Shown: piece by piece, positions 41,812 through 50,560 of the stretch
Numbering within the stretch: the stretch's first letter is position 1
How the letters are laid out: every line of letters starts with the position of its first letter
Virus record (IMG/VR): IMGVR_UViG_3300043959_000228
From: a virus
Lineage: Duplodnaviria > Caudoviricetes
Strand: one strand, 5' to 3'
DNA: 64,000 nucleotides
Made by a program: the position numbers and the translations under genes
Notes under the pieces: model-generated
Told to the model about the DNA's origin: nothing
The model's input: only the letters and a program-made list of their open reading frames with translations
Databases searched by the model: none

Positions 41812-43248
41812 TTAAGCGTTCGTGTAAATCATAGCTGGTGCGTCACTCGGTAGTAATCCGTGCTTGTCGTGGATAAGTTCTGTCGCTGGTTCATCGTCAT
41901 GATGATCCTCGTCATCATCATTAACCAGCGTCCATACCAGAGTATGCACATCTAATGGTACAAGGCTCATAGGACAAGTGATGCCAGCCTGCTCTGATTG
42001 ATGCTTATCATCTGGGACAGGCTTACCGTTAGGACCAATAACTGTTTGTAGAACGCCATGATCATCCCTTTCCTTCTTGGCACCCCAACCCTGTCCGGAG
42101 AGATCCCATGTCACCTCTCCATTCACCGAACGGCCTAATCTGATGATATTCCAAGGCGTTTCATCAAGATCCTCAGGCAGTGAGGCAATACTTGGAAGAG
42201 GCGGCATAGCCTTCAACCACACTTGGAGCTTATTGAAATCCCAGCCATTCTTACTGACAATACGACCATTCTTATTCACATCTCTCTGAGCTATCCATTC
42301 GACGGTGTTACCACCAATGGACTGATTAAGGTGTTTGATGAATGCGGGTATGGATTCTTGCATGAAATTCGCGTCAAAGGTAATAACCATTGATGATGGA
42401 ATATCCCTGAAATTCGAGATACGAGGCTTGATGATATGTCCACGTTTATCCTTCGGATGAATAATACTCTCAGCCTCATCAACCTTGCCAATCTCATTTG
42501 CATATACGGTTGCGTCGGCCACGGCCTGAGATTCACCCTTAGCCTCCCATCCAGTGATATTAACCATGTCTTTAATTGTAGCGCCATCGGGGATTGATCC
42601 AAAGTACTTGCGATAGAGAATCTCAATCTTATCCCAAGTCGCCTTGTTCGCATCTAAACAGGCTTTTCCTTCACGCCGCATAATCGAGGCGATGATAGTC
42701 GTCATGATGATAGGAATCAGGAAACCGACATACACATGGATCATCGATATCAAAACACTCACGATACATGATGCTAACAATCCTATCTTATAGGTGGTAT
42801 TCCATGAAGGTATTTTCTTCCCTGGATCAACTGGAAGAGGATTCTTCTCCTTCAGATGAGGATTGCAATAATCTTCATTAAACGCATCAAATCGGTATTC
42901 CTTAATGACCTTATCGTCATCATCCTTAGCCGTGACCATGGCGGCATCATTCGGATCATCGACAATATTGCCCTTAGCGTCTACAGGATTACCGTTATCG
43001 TCCTCTTTAGGAACCATGACCTTCTTTTGAAGACCGATAAGACGATCGTCTTTAAGCGCCATTCCCCAACGACTGGTAAGATCCCTCTTATGGGTTGCCG
43101 TCGTCATGAGATCATCGTATTCTCGAGCATTGCCCTTACGAGCCTTGCTCTTAATCATCGCATCCTTCAGAGCCTCTATACCCCATAACACGATAAATGG
43201 GCTGAATGCCACAATGACGCCTATAATCACTGCGATCATGATATTCAC
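41812..43248 (-). CDS. N-terminal part of an FtsK/TcpA-like coupling protein ending in a putative split-intein N fragment
   Basis: TM segments, PPLP..A, WNIIRLG...VTWD, TCPMSLV and then PLDVHTLVWT in place of the Walker A loop. Confidence 0.6.
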   Translation of the reverse strand: MNIMIAVIIGVIVAFSPFIVLWGIEALKDAMIKSKARKGNAREYDDLMTTATHKRDLTSRWGMALKDDRLIGLQKKVMVPKEDDNGNPVDAKGNIVDDPNDAAMVTAKDDDDKVIKEYRFDAFNEDYCNPHLKEKNPLPVDPGKKIPSWNTTYKIGLLASCIVSVLISMIHVYVGFLIPIIMTTIIASIMRREGKACLDANKATWDKIEILYRKYFGSIPDGATIKDMVNITGWEAKGESQAVADATVYANEIGKVDEAESIIHPKDKRGHIIKPRISNFRDIPSSMVITFDANFMQESIPAFIKHLNQSIGGNTVEWIAQRDVNKNGRIVSKNGWDFNKLQVWLKAMPPLPSIASLPEDLDETPWNIIRLGRSVNGEVTWDLSGQGWGAKKERDDHGVLQTVIGPNGKPVPDDKHQSEQAGITCPMSLVPLDVHTLVWTLVNDDDEDHHDDEPATELIHDKHGLLPSDAPAMIYTNA

Positions 43249-43868
43249 GACGTACCTCCAATCATTGTCCGACGGACCATGGCTGTTGCCCGTCCAATAC
43301 CTATAGATGCGTGAACACGCATACGCAATCCACTCATTGATACCAACGGATCCTCATGATGACAATAAGCATACCTACTATCATACGAGGCGTCAACGTT
43401 ATCCCCTCGAAGCCAGACATATCCATCAGGTATGCGAATAGATGTGCGATCAGTGATCGTACATCCACCAGTATACGCGTTCTCACGCTGATCAAATCCA
43501 GTATGATCTGACGAGCAACCATGCCATGACGATATGACGCCATTCCCTTCAATACACAGAATATCACCAGGAACGGCTATAACTCGCTTCACTAGGTTCT
43601 CATCGTTCGCAATCTTACCAATTGACCATGACTTCGGCCTATCAATGACCACGACATCACCTCTCTGTATGCGGTCATTACGACCAATGAGTATGTCCCC
43701 GTCCTCATACGTATCATGCATTGATGAACCAGACACCGTCCAATACGAGTATGATGTGACTATGGCGTAGCCACATCCGACGACAACAATGATAGCCAGT
43801 ATGCATGCCACAGCTATGATTCGTGACGATAGTCGATACGATCGTTGATGGGCAGCATCCACTATCAA
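43245..43868 (-). CDS. Signal peptidase I (S26)
   Basis: SGSSM, LVKRVIAVPGD, GDN...SYDSR; ATGA overlaps with both neighbours. Confidence 0.92.
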   Translation of the reverse strand: MIVDAAHQRSYRLSSRIIAVACILAIIVVVGCGYAIVTSYSYWTVSGSSMHDTYEDGDILIGRNDRIQRGDVVVIDRPKSWSIGKIANDENLVKRVIAVPGDILCIEGNGVISSWHGCSSDHTGFDQRENAYTGGCTITDRTSIRIPDGYVWLRGDNVDASYDSRYAYCHHEDPLVSMSGLRMRVHASIGIGRATAMVRRTMIGGTS

Positions 43869-45295
43869 TCACCGACTTGATTCAAGACATTGAAACCACT
43901 AGCGCTAAGCATCTCAATATTCGTCGTCTGCATGAAGCTATTCTCTCGAAGGTGATCACCAGGAACCGATTCTAGCATTAAGTCTAGTTGATCATGGAAG
44001 GTCCTGACCAATTTGATGTTGTTCATTGATTCATCATAGAACGAAGTCATCAATTTACAATACTCATTTAATTGATCCTTGGTATCAGCAGTGATAACTA
44101 GACGATACGTACCACTCAGCCAGGGATCCTTGTTCTTGGTTACTTGAGCTTGCATCTGACGACCCTGTTGGACCTCTTCGGTTAAAGCAATGCCGGGATC
44201 GCTGCCAGCCCCCATGGCGTTATCATAGGCGTCAATGGATTGGGCAATGCCCTTCTCGATGTCCTTCTTGATCTTCTTAGCTGGTACGAGGCTAACCCAT
44301 GCTTCCACGTCGAATGGTACGGCCACCTCGGAGAAAATACTCGCGTATATCCATGGAAGCCCATACGGTACGTTCATAGAGTCCTCGGGGAATTGTTTGA
44401 ACGTTAACGTGGTCCTATATCCCGTCATCAAATCGCCATTAATTGATTGCGTGACCTTGACACAGGTAGGATCACTGGTGTCAATGATGCCTCCAATGCT
44501 CTTCATGATGTCACCCCTTCCCCAGACATCATCGTTAATATCGAGGTATGGTGTAGGCATGGCTGGATGGAAGACCTTATTGGTTATCAGGGCAATGTCC
44601 TCAGTTGTTGCTCGGAAACCATTCAACGACGATGATTTCAATGTCGTGTAAATATCCTTCTCCTGAGCCTGCGCATGTCGCAACTCTGACTCTTTAACAG
44701 ATTTATCCACAAATTGCAATGCTTGATCTAAGTATCCTGTAGCGTATCTAAGAGCATCTTTAATGCCAGCATTGAAAGGATTGACCATATCGGTATCTAA
44801 TTCATGTCGCTTACCAAGAACCACACCAAGATACACTCTCTTCTCATAGAAGACGCCATTCTCTAATAACTCTACCTGTTCATTCAAGAACCGCTGAAAA
44901 CCAGATTTACGATGATAATTCTTCGTGACTTCGAGATAGTTGCTCTCCCACTCGTCAACGTTAATAGGCGTATTCGTCACTTTAAGTTTCATATCAAGAA
45001 CCCGCTCTTGATTCTTATTCAAACCAATAATAGCAGAATTTAATCGATTCACATAAGCGACTTTTTTCTCATTCGACAGGAAATCGTAGATCGTAGTGGG
45101 GATCTCATAAAACGCCGTGACCCTATCAGCTGAGAACACGATATTACCAATGACTGACTCTGTACAAAAATCAAGAGCCTTCTTAGGCTGCCTGATACTC
45201 TGACGATTCTTCGCTATGGCCGTAGCCTCGTCAGCTGTAGATGCACGATCATCAGTATCATCGGCATCATGACTCTTCTTGGTATTCCAGAACAT
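43865..45295 (-). CDS. VirB4/TcpF-like protein, N-terminal half only
   Basis: IGNIVFS, YDFLS, RVYLGV, DQLDLMLESVPGD, ends ...NQVGD where the ATPase domain normally begins; no P-loop; ATATCT-N7-ATG. Confidence 0.7.
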   Translation of the reverse strand: MFWNTKKSHDADDTDDRASTADEATAIAKNRQSIRQPKKALDFCTESVIGNIVFSADRVTAFYEIPTTIYDFLSNEKKVAYVNRLNSAIIGLNKNQERVLDMKLKVTNTPINVDEWESNYLEVTKNYHRKSGFQRFLNEQVELLENGVFYEKRVYLGVVLGKRHELDTDMVNPFNAGIKDALRYATGYLDQALQFVDKSVKESELRHAQAQEKDIYTTLKSSSLNGFRATTEDIALITNKVFHPAMPTPYLDINDDVWGRGDIMKSIGGIIDTSDPTCVKVTQSINGDLMTGYRTTLTFKQFPEDSMNVPYGLPWIYASIFSEVAVPFDVEAWVSLVPAKKIKKDIEKGIAQSIDAYDNAMGAGSDPGIALTEEVQQGRQMQAQVTKNKDPWLSGTYRLVITADTKDQLNEYCKLMTSFYDESMNNIKLVRTFHDQLDLMLESVPGDHLRENSFMQTTNIEMLSASGFNVLNQVGD

Positions 45296-45419
45296 AACAT
45301 TAAGATATGTCTACAAGCCATTCTTAGAGCATCGTCATCACGAAGGAATAAAACCCTGGATAATAGTGTTATGCATAATGCTACCACATACTGGTAAAGG
45401 ATATTCAAGGAGGCCTATT

Positions 45420-45917
45420 ATGGATAGCAAAAACACTAAGGATATAATCTCAAGGAACGCTCAATCTGACACAGCGTTAGACAATTATGCGACAAGAGCA
45501 TTCAGGGATATGAATCAATTCATGAAAAGATGGTATGACGAAGATATGGACGGATTCTTCACAGGACTATCCTTCCCATCATTTGCGTCGACAGTATCTA
45601 ATCCCTCATCGTCTACATATGACAATGAGGATGGAAGCAGAGACGTCGTCTACGAGATTCCACGAGTCACTAATGACGAGATTACCGTAACCAGTCCATC
45701 TGATGGTATAGTTACCGTATCCATCAAGGATAATCAGAAGGACGAACAGTACGAACGTCATACATCGTATAATAACACCTTCGCTGTAGACAAGAAGAGA
45801 TTCAACGTTGATGATATGACCGTCACTCATAAGAATGGAGTTCTAAGACTGCATATTCCGAGAAACGAACAGAAGGACGAGGATCAACAACCAAAGACCT
45901 TCAGGATCGAATCATAA
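45420..45917 (+). CDS. Small heat-shock protein (Hsp20/alpha-crystallin)
   Basis: NGVLRLHIP and C-terminal FRI; AGGAGG RBS before 45420. Confidence 0.85.
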   Translation: MDSKNTKDIISRNAQSDTALDNYATRAFRDMNQFMKRWYDEDMDGFFTGLSFPSFASTVSNPSSSTYDNEDGSRDVVYEIPRVTNDEITVTSPSDGIVTVSIKDNQKDEQYERHTSYNNTFAVDKKRFNVDDMTVTHKNGVLRLHIPRNEQKDEDQQPKTFRIES

Positions 45918-45934
45918 TCTGAGTAATTATCTCC

Positions 45935-45971
45935 ATAATGGCTGCCCAATATTAATTTGGGCAGCCATTAT
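45935..45971. terminator. Terminator hairpin
   Basis: ATAATGGCTGCCCAA/TTGGGCAGCCATTAT. Confidence 0.8.
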
Positions 45972-45974
45972 TAT

Positions 45975-46432
45975 TTAGACGGCACGAATAAATAATGAAT
46001 CTAAGCCGCCATCCTCGGACGCAACCGCGCAGACCCATAATTACGCCAGTAAAGGGTCTGCATCCGTTAGACCGGCGGTTCTGTCCATCTGAAACGTCCT
46101 TGTACACCAATACAGCTATCCTATGAGGAAGTGCATCTACATCATATTGAAAAGGAGGACTTGGTGAGGGTATAGGTGCTATCCAGGGGGGGGGTGTAGG
46201 TCATAGAAAATTGGCGAATGGCCGAGCACTATGTGTAGTACGGGAGAAATGGAACCGCTAGATTGCAACGATAGATCGTGTCCATGAGGAAGCATATCCT
46301 AGGAATACGCTCTAGGGTTGACCCCTGAGGCTTCTTCCTTCAAACCCTTGGTACACTGATCTCCATCACGATCAAACGGTTAGATCTATCCTAGGCCCAG
46401 CCCAGCCACCACGACCATCAATTGGAGGACTC
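45975..46432. other. Putative replication origin / repA control region
   Basis: Largest non-coding gap, directly upstream of the replicase; GC-rich stem-loop at about 46005-46080, four TATCC(T)A-type repeats, G9 tract. Confidence 0.5.
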
Positions 46433-48682
46433 ATGCATCAAGCTACTAGTCAACAACGTGATTATCTTCTCCGACTAGTAGCTCAGCGTCTTAAAGCTCC
46501 ATCCAATGCACTGAATCTTGGCATTAGCTTGGATCATGACCTTCAGTGGTTTTCCTCTATTATTCCTTGTAACTTTCCTCATAAGACAGCGTCTACTCAT
46601 CAATTTAAGCGTGATTACGATGAACTTTGTGAGGGTCTTAGTCGTGGCCGATTTTTCGCATCTGATTGGTCTGATGTTGGATTGACCTCAGATGATGTTC
46701 AACGTGTGTATCGATTGTCCTCATCGAGTGTACGATCGTATATTGATGGTCAAGTCATGAAATCTCGATGGTCTATTCTCGCTCAGTATCAGGCTGACAC
46801 CTGGATGACGTCTAAAGTACAGCAATTATTGCTTAATATCACGTCCTCTACGGTGCATAGAATTCTGGGTAAATGGTTGTCATCATTAGGTATTGACCGA
46901 GTTATGGAGTCATATCATCAACCATCGACTGATTGGATTGCTTCATGGTCAGATCGTGATGGAGGATTACATCTTAGCCCTGTTGATCATCATCTTCAGC
47001 AATCACTTAGCCAACATGATCGTGCACAGCGTTGGTGTGGTCCTGTCGACTTACGAGCACTCCCTATGATGAGCAATTTTACTGACGAGCATGATCGTAG
47101 GGTTGATGGTCATCAATTAGATGATCATACCATAGTATCATCATCTCTGATTCGTTCGTCAGTGAAGAGTGTCGCTAATCGGAAGAACAGTGTGATTCAG
47201 CCATCTGACCGTCATGTTGATGTTCGTTGTTCGTCGTTCTGGTCATATTGGACTGCTGATACATCAAGGACATCGTATCCTGGTGTCCTCATTGATGTTG
47301 ATCGTGATGATGCTATGACGTCAGTGAATCAATTGATTCATGATGGTAAGATTCCTACGTATTCTTGGGCTATTGTCAATCATGTGAATGGTCACGCCCA
47401 ATTCTGCTGGCAGACACCAGCATGGTCTAAGCAGAACGCTGGTGTCATGAAGCTGTACTCGGCCGTGTATCATACGTTGTCCTTCATTATGGGCGGTGAT
47501 CGTTGCTTTGTTGGATCGAGGAGTCAGAATCCACTATGGTCTGGTCTTGGAAAACGATCATCTCATCGTGAGATGGTCATACCTACTGGTGTGTATCGAC
47601 TCTATGCTCTTGATGGTTTGAAGCAATGGTTCGTCCAGCATGAATCCTGGTGTCCTCGTGGTTCTATGCAACGCCATCATGATCGTTATGTCGTGTTTGA
47701 TGGTCGTTCGAAGGCTACAGCCGTGGCGAATGGTGATGCATCTCCAGTTCTCGATGATCATGGTATGGCTCCTGAGGAATTGAAGCGAATGTACGGATCT
47801 AAGGCTGATCATATCTTCAACGATACGTTGACTGCACTCGATCCTCGGCTTCTTGATGGCGTGATCATTCCTAAGGGATGGCGTAACGCGATTGTTTTCA
47901 GAGTAGCCACATGGCTGATCTGGCATAATAGGAGACCGGAGACGGTTACTGATTATGTGCATTTTCATGACGACGAGCATCTTTCCGCACGTGAGATTGC
48001 CTCCGTTTGTCGTAAGGTCACGAGATATTATCGTCGTAGATTTAATCCTAAGTATCGTTCAGCGTCAAATCATGCATTGTTAGATGTATGCAGAATCATG
48101 GGTCGTAAAGGTGGACTGAAGAGGTCGAAGGCTCAGATAGAGACATCTGATGTGAATCTTCAGCGTGGACGTGATCAGTCATCAGCCATGGCTTCTGATA
48201 GGGATGCCAGTATCTGGGTGGCCGTGTTAACTCGTGGTCAGGAGTCGCGGCGTTCGGTGTCTGTAAGGATGTTGGTCTCGTATTCTACTCTTCGTAGAGC
48301 TTTACAGAGGGTTCGTGGTGTGATTCTTGGTATGATCAAGCGTAAGCAAGTGGTATGTGATCATCCTATTCTCGACGCTAATGGTCAGGCTATCAGTGAG
48401 TTGAGTGATTGTTGGAGGACGCCATTGGTCATGAGAACCATGACCATCGGGTATCGTGGCGTTATGGACGCGATCATGCATCATGATGATGAGTTAGTAG
48501 CATCAAGACTGTCAGCATGGCATGACGATCTATGGATGAGCATGGCTCTCGGATCGAGGGCGCCTGCATCGTTCATGAGACGACTTGATCTTGCTGAGCG
48601 TCGTAATGATGGTCGTATTCCGAAGCTGAATCAACATGAACGTCAATTGTTATTCGATGTCCAGCCTGCATTGACCTCCTAA
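46433..48682 (+). CDS. repA: Plasmid replicase RepA (ColE2/pAL5000-type primase-replicase) with long N- and C-terminal extensions
   Basis: LIDVD, P..WAIVN..NGHAQ, GD..F.G..SQNP, PriCT-like GWRN...F, GRKGG, C-terminal HTH-like segment; GGAGG RBS. Confidence 0.85.
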   Translation: MHQATSQQRDYLLRLVAQRLKAPSNALNLGISLDHDLQWFSSIIPCNFPHKTASTHQFKRDYDELCEGLSRGRFFASDWSDVGLTSDDVQRVYRLSSSSVRSYIDGQVMKSRWSILAQYQADTWMTSKVQQLLLNITSSTVHRILGKWLSSLGIDRVMESYHQPSTDWIASWSDRDGGLHLSPVDHHLQQSLSQHDRAQRWCGPVDLRALPMMSNFTDEHDRRVDGHQLDDHTIVSSSLIRSSVKSVANRKNSVIQPSDRHVDVRCSSFWSYWTADTSRTSYPGVLIDVDRDDAMTSVNQLIHDGKIPTYSWAIVNHVNGHAQFCWQTPAWSKQNAGVMKLYSAVYHTLSFIMGGDRCFVGSRSQNPLWSGLGKRSSHREMVIPTGVYRLYALDGLKQWFVQHESWCPRGSMQRHHDRYVVFDGRSKATAVANGDASPVLDDHGMAPEELKRMYGSKADHIFNDTLTALDPRLLDGVIIPKGWRNAIVFRVATWLIWHNRRPETVTDYVHFHDDEHLSAREIASVCRKVTRYYRRRFNPKYRSASNHALLDVCRIMGRKGGLKRSKAQIETSDVNLQRGRDQSSAMASDRDASIWVAVLTRGQESRRSVSVRMLVSYSTLRRALQRVRGVILGMIKRKQVVCDHPILDANGQAISELSDCWRTPLVMRTMTIGYRGVMDAIMHHDDELVASRLSAWHDDLWMSMALGSRAPASFMRRLDLAERRNDGRIPKLNQHERQLLFDVQPALTS

Positions 48683-48708
48683 GCTTGATCGTAGCATATC
48701 TTCATTGC

Positions 48709-49581
48709 ATGTCAGATCCTCAGTTAGTAGTGCATCATCCAAAGGCTACGACCAATGAGCGTCATGATCGAGTGGTAAGTATTATCGTATCATTCATCAT
48801 GTTCCTAGTCATGGTCGTAGCCGCGTCAATTCCTGCTGTAATTATCAGCGTTATCTGGTTGATGAGTCAATCATCAGATCCATTGGTCACGTCAACATCT
48901 GCTGGTATGACGTTCAATCCCGATCTCTTGACGTTATCCACATTATGGACCATGGTGTTCACACCGGTCTTATCCTTGTTAGCCCTATGCCCGTCCCCTG
49001 TGCGCAGGGCAATATCATGGAATCATGGCTTAGGAACAAGCCTATCCATGCGAGTGTCTATGAGGACGTCATCTGAATGGATGGGATGGTTGAAGGCTAC
49101 TGGTATTGGTGTAATGGTTAGCGTCATCGTGTTCATGTTACTCCAAGTTATGGGATGGGCGGTTAAGCTTTGGCATCCAACAGTAGCTACGTCTAATGAT
49201 ATGACGCAGCAAATCGTATCAGCTATTAAGACTGGTCCATGGTATCAGGGACTGATTTTCATTGTTTGCTCTGGTGTGCTTGCGCCCATTGTAGAGGAGC
49301 TTGTATTCAGGGGAGTCATAGCTAGATCGTGGCTTCGATTAGCCACGTCCAATAGGGGGCGTTGGTTGGCCATTCTTGGATCAGGCTCGCTTTTCGCATC
49401 AGCTCATTTTCTATCAGCCGGGTTCAGCCTTGATCCAAGTGTCATTCTCACTATTCTAATTACCTGGCTATTAGGATCTGTTCTTGCATGGATGATGGAT
49501 CGTTATGATTCTATATGGCCTGGTGTCATTGCCCATGTCGTGTATAACACTGCCGGTTTGATGATTGCTATTCTAGTATGA
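48709..49581 (+). CDS. CPBP (CAAX/Abi) intramembrane metalloprotease
   Basis: EELVFRG, FASAH, AHVVYN; ATATCT-N7-ATG gives start 48709. Confidence 0.92.
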   Translation: MSDPQLVVHHPKATTNERHDRVVSIIVSFIMFLVMVVAASIPAVIISVIWLMSQSSDPLVTSTSAGMTFNPDLLTLSTLWTMVFTPVLSLLALCPSPVRRAISWNHGLGTSLSMRVSMRTSSEWMGWLKATGIGVMVSVIVFMLLQVMGWAVKLWHPTVATSNDMTQQIVSAIKTGPWYQGLIFIVCSGVLAPIVEELVFRGVIARSWLRLATSNRGRWLAILGSGSLFASAHFLSAGFSLDPSVILTILITWLLGSVLAWMMDRYDSIWPGVIAHVVYNTAGLMIAILV

Positions 49582-49601
49582 CGGTAAGAGGATAAAGACA
49601 T

Positions 49602-50528
49602 ATGTCACCATTACTGATGTTTACAGTTAAGGCCAAGCTAGCTATTCGATCAATGATTGAGAAGCTGCTGTCCTCTGATGAGGCAGATCGATGGGGTGTC
49701 ATCTTATCATCAGTTCTGCTTTGGCTTGTTTGTAATGTTGCTCTTCAGATGGGCATGGTCTTCATTGGTGGAGGATTATGGTGGATGATCGATGGTGTCC
49801 AGCCTCCAGTGTTCACTGGTGATGGTTCTGATCCTCGGGTAAAAGCCTTCCTCCTACTCATGGGTCCATTAGCTTCAGTGCTTGCGTATATTCCTGTACT
49901 TCTGATGATTCCTTTCATCAGAGTAAAAATGACGTCTTCTCCTATCATCAAGCATGATGATCATCGTAATCACCGGCGTTCATGGGTATCATGGGTGTTG
50001 GTGACCATCTTTACTATCATCGGGCTTTTTGGTGTCATGCAACTCATTGGAGGCCTCTTCAGATGGATGGGATGGTCGTCAAATCATGCTCATCAGGAGA
50101 CGACGACGTTCGTAACATTAATCATTGATTTGATGCATGGCCATGTGATATGGCCATTCTGGACGATAGTGACGATAGGCATTGTGGTCATCGTTGCACC
50201 TATTCTTGAGGAGTTATTGTTCCGGGTTATTATCACCGGTCAGTTACGTGATAGTGTCTTTACGAATCGATATGACGCGGATGGTCGTCCTTATCAATCA
50301 CAGTCATTAACCATGTTGATGTATGTGGTTGGTGGTCTTATTTTCGCATCGGTTCATCTTATAGGATCAAATGACAATATGTTGTTGACAATGGTGTCGA
50401 TGACCGTCTTCGGTACGGTCTTATCATGGCTTGATTACGATGTTTTCCGTTCTTTCAAGATTGGTTGTTTGATTCATTGTGGGTATAATATGCTGACTAT
50501 TGGCATTGGCGTCGCATTACTGATCTAA
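49602..50528 (+). CDS. CPBP (CAAX/Abi) intramembrane metalloprotease
   Basis: EELLFR, FASVH, HCGYN. Confidence 0.9.
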   Translation: MSPLLMFTVKAKLAIRSMIEKLLSSDEADRWGVILSSVLLWLVCNVALQMGMVFIGGGLWWMIDGVQPPVFTGDGSDPRVKAFLLLMGPLASVLAYIPVLLMIPFIRVKMTSSPIIKHDDHRNHRRSWVSWVLVTIFTIIGLFGVMQLIGGLFRWMGWSSNHAHQETTTFVTLIIDLMHGHVIWPFWTIVTIGIVVIVAPILEELLFRVIITGQLRDSVFTNRYDADGRPYQSQSLTMLMYVVGGLIFASVHLIGSNDNMLLTMVSMTVFGTVLSWLDYDVFRSFKIGCLIHCGYNMLTIGIGVALLI

Positions 50529-50560
50529 GGCGTTAGAGGCTGATTGGTACAATGCTTTCT

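Noticed and set aside
46186-46194. G9 tract as a phase-variation switch
   Set aside because: Non-coding and not clearly within a promoter spacer; no evidence from a single sequence.
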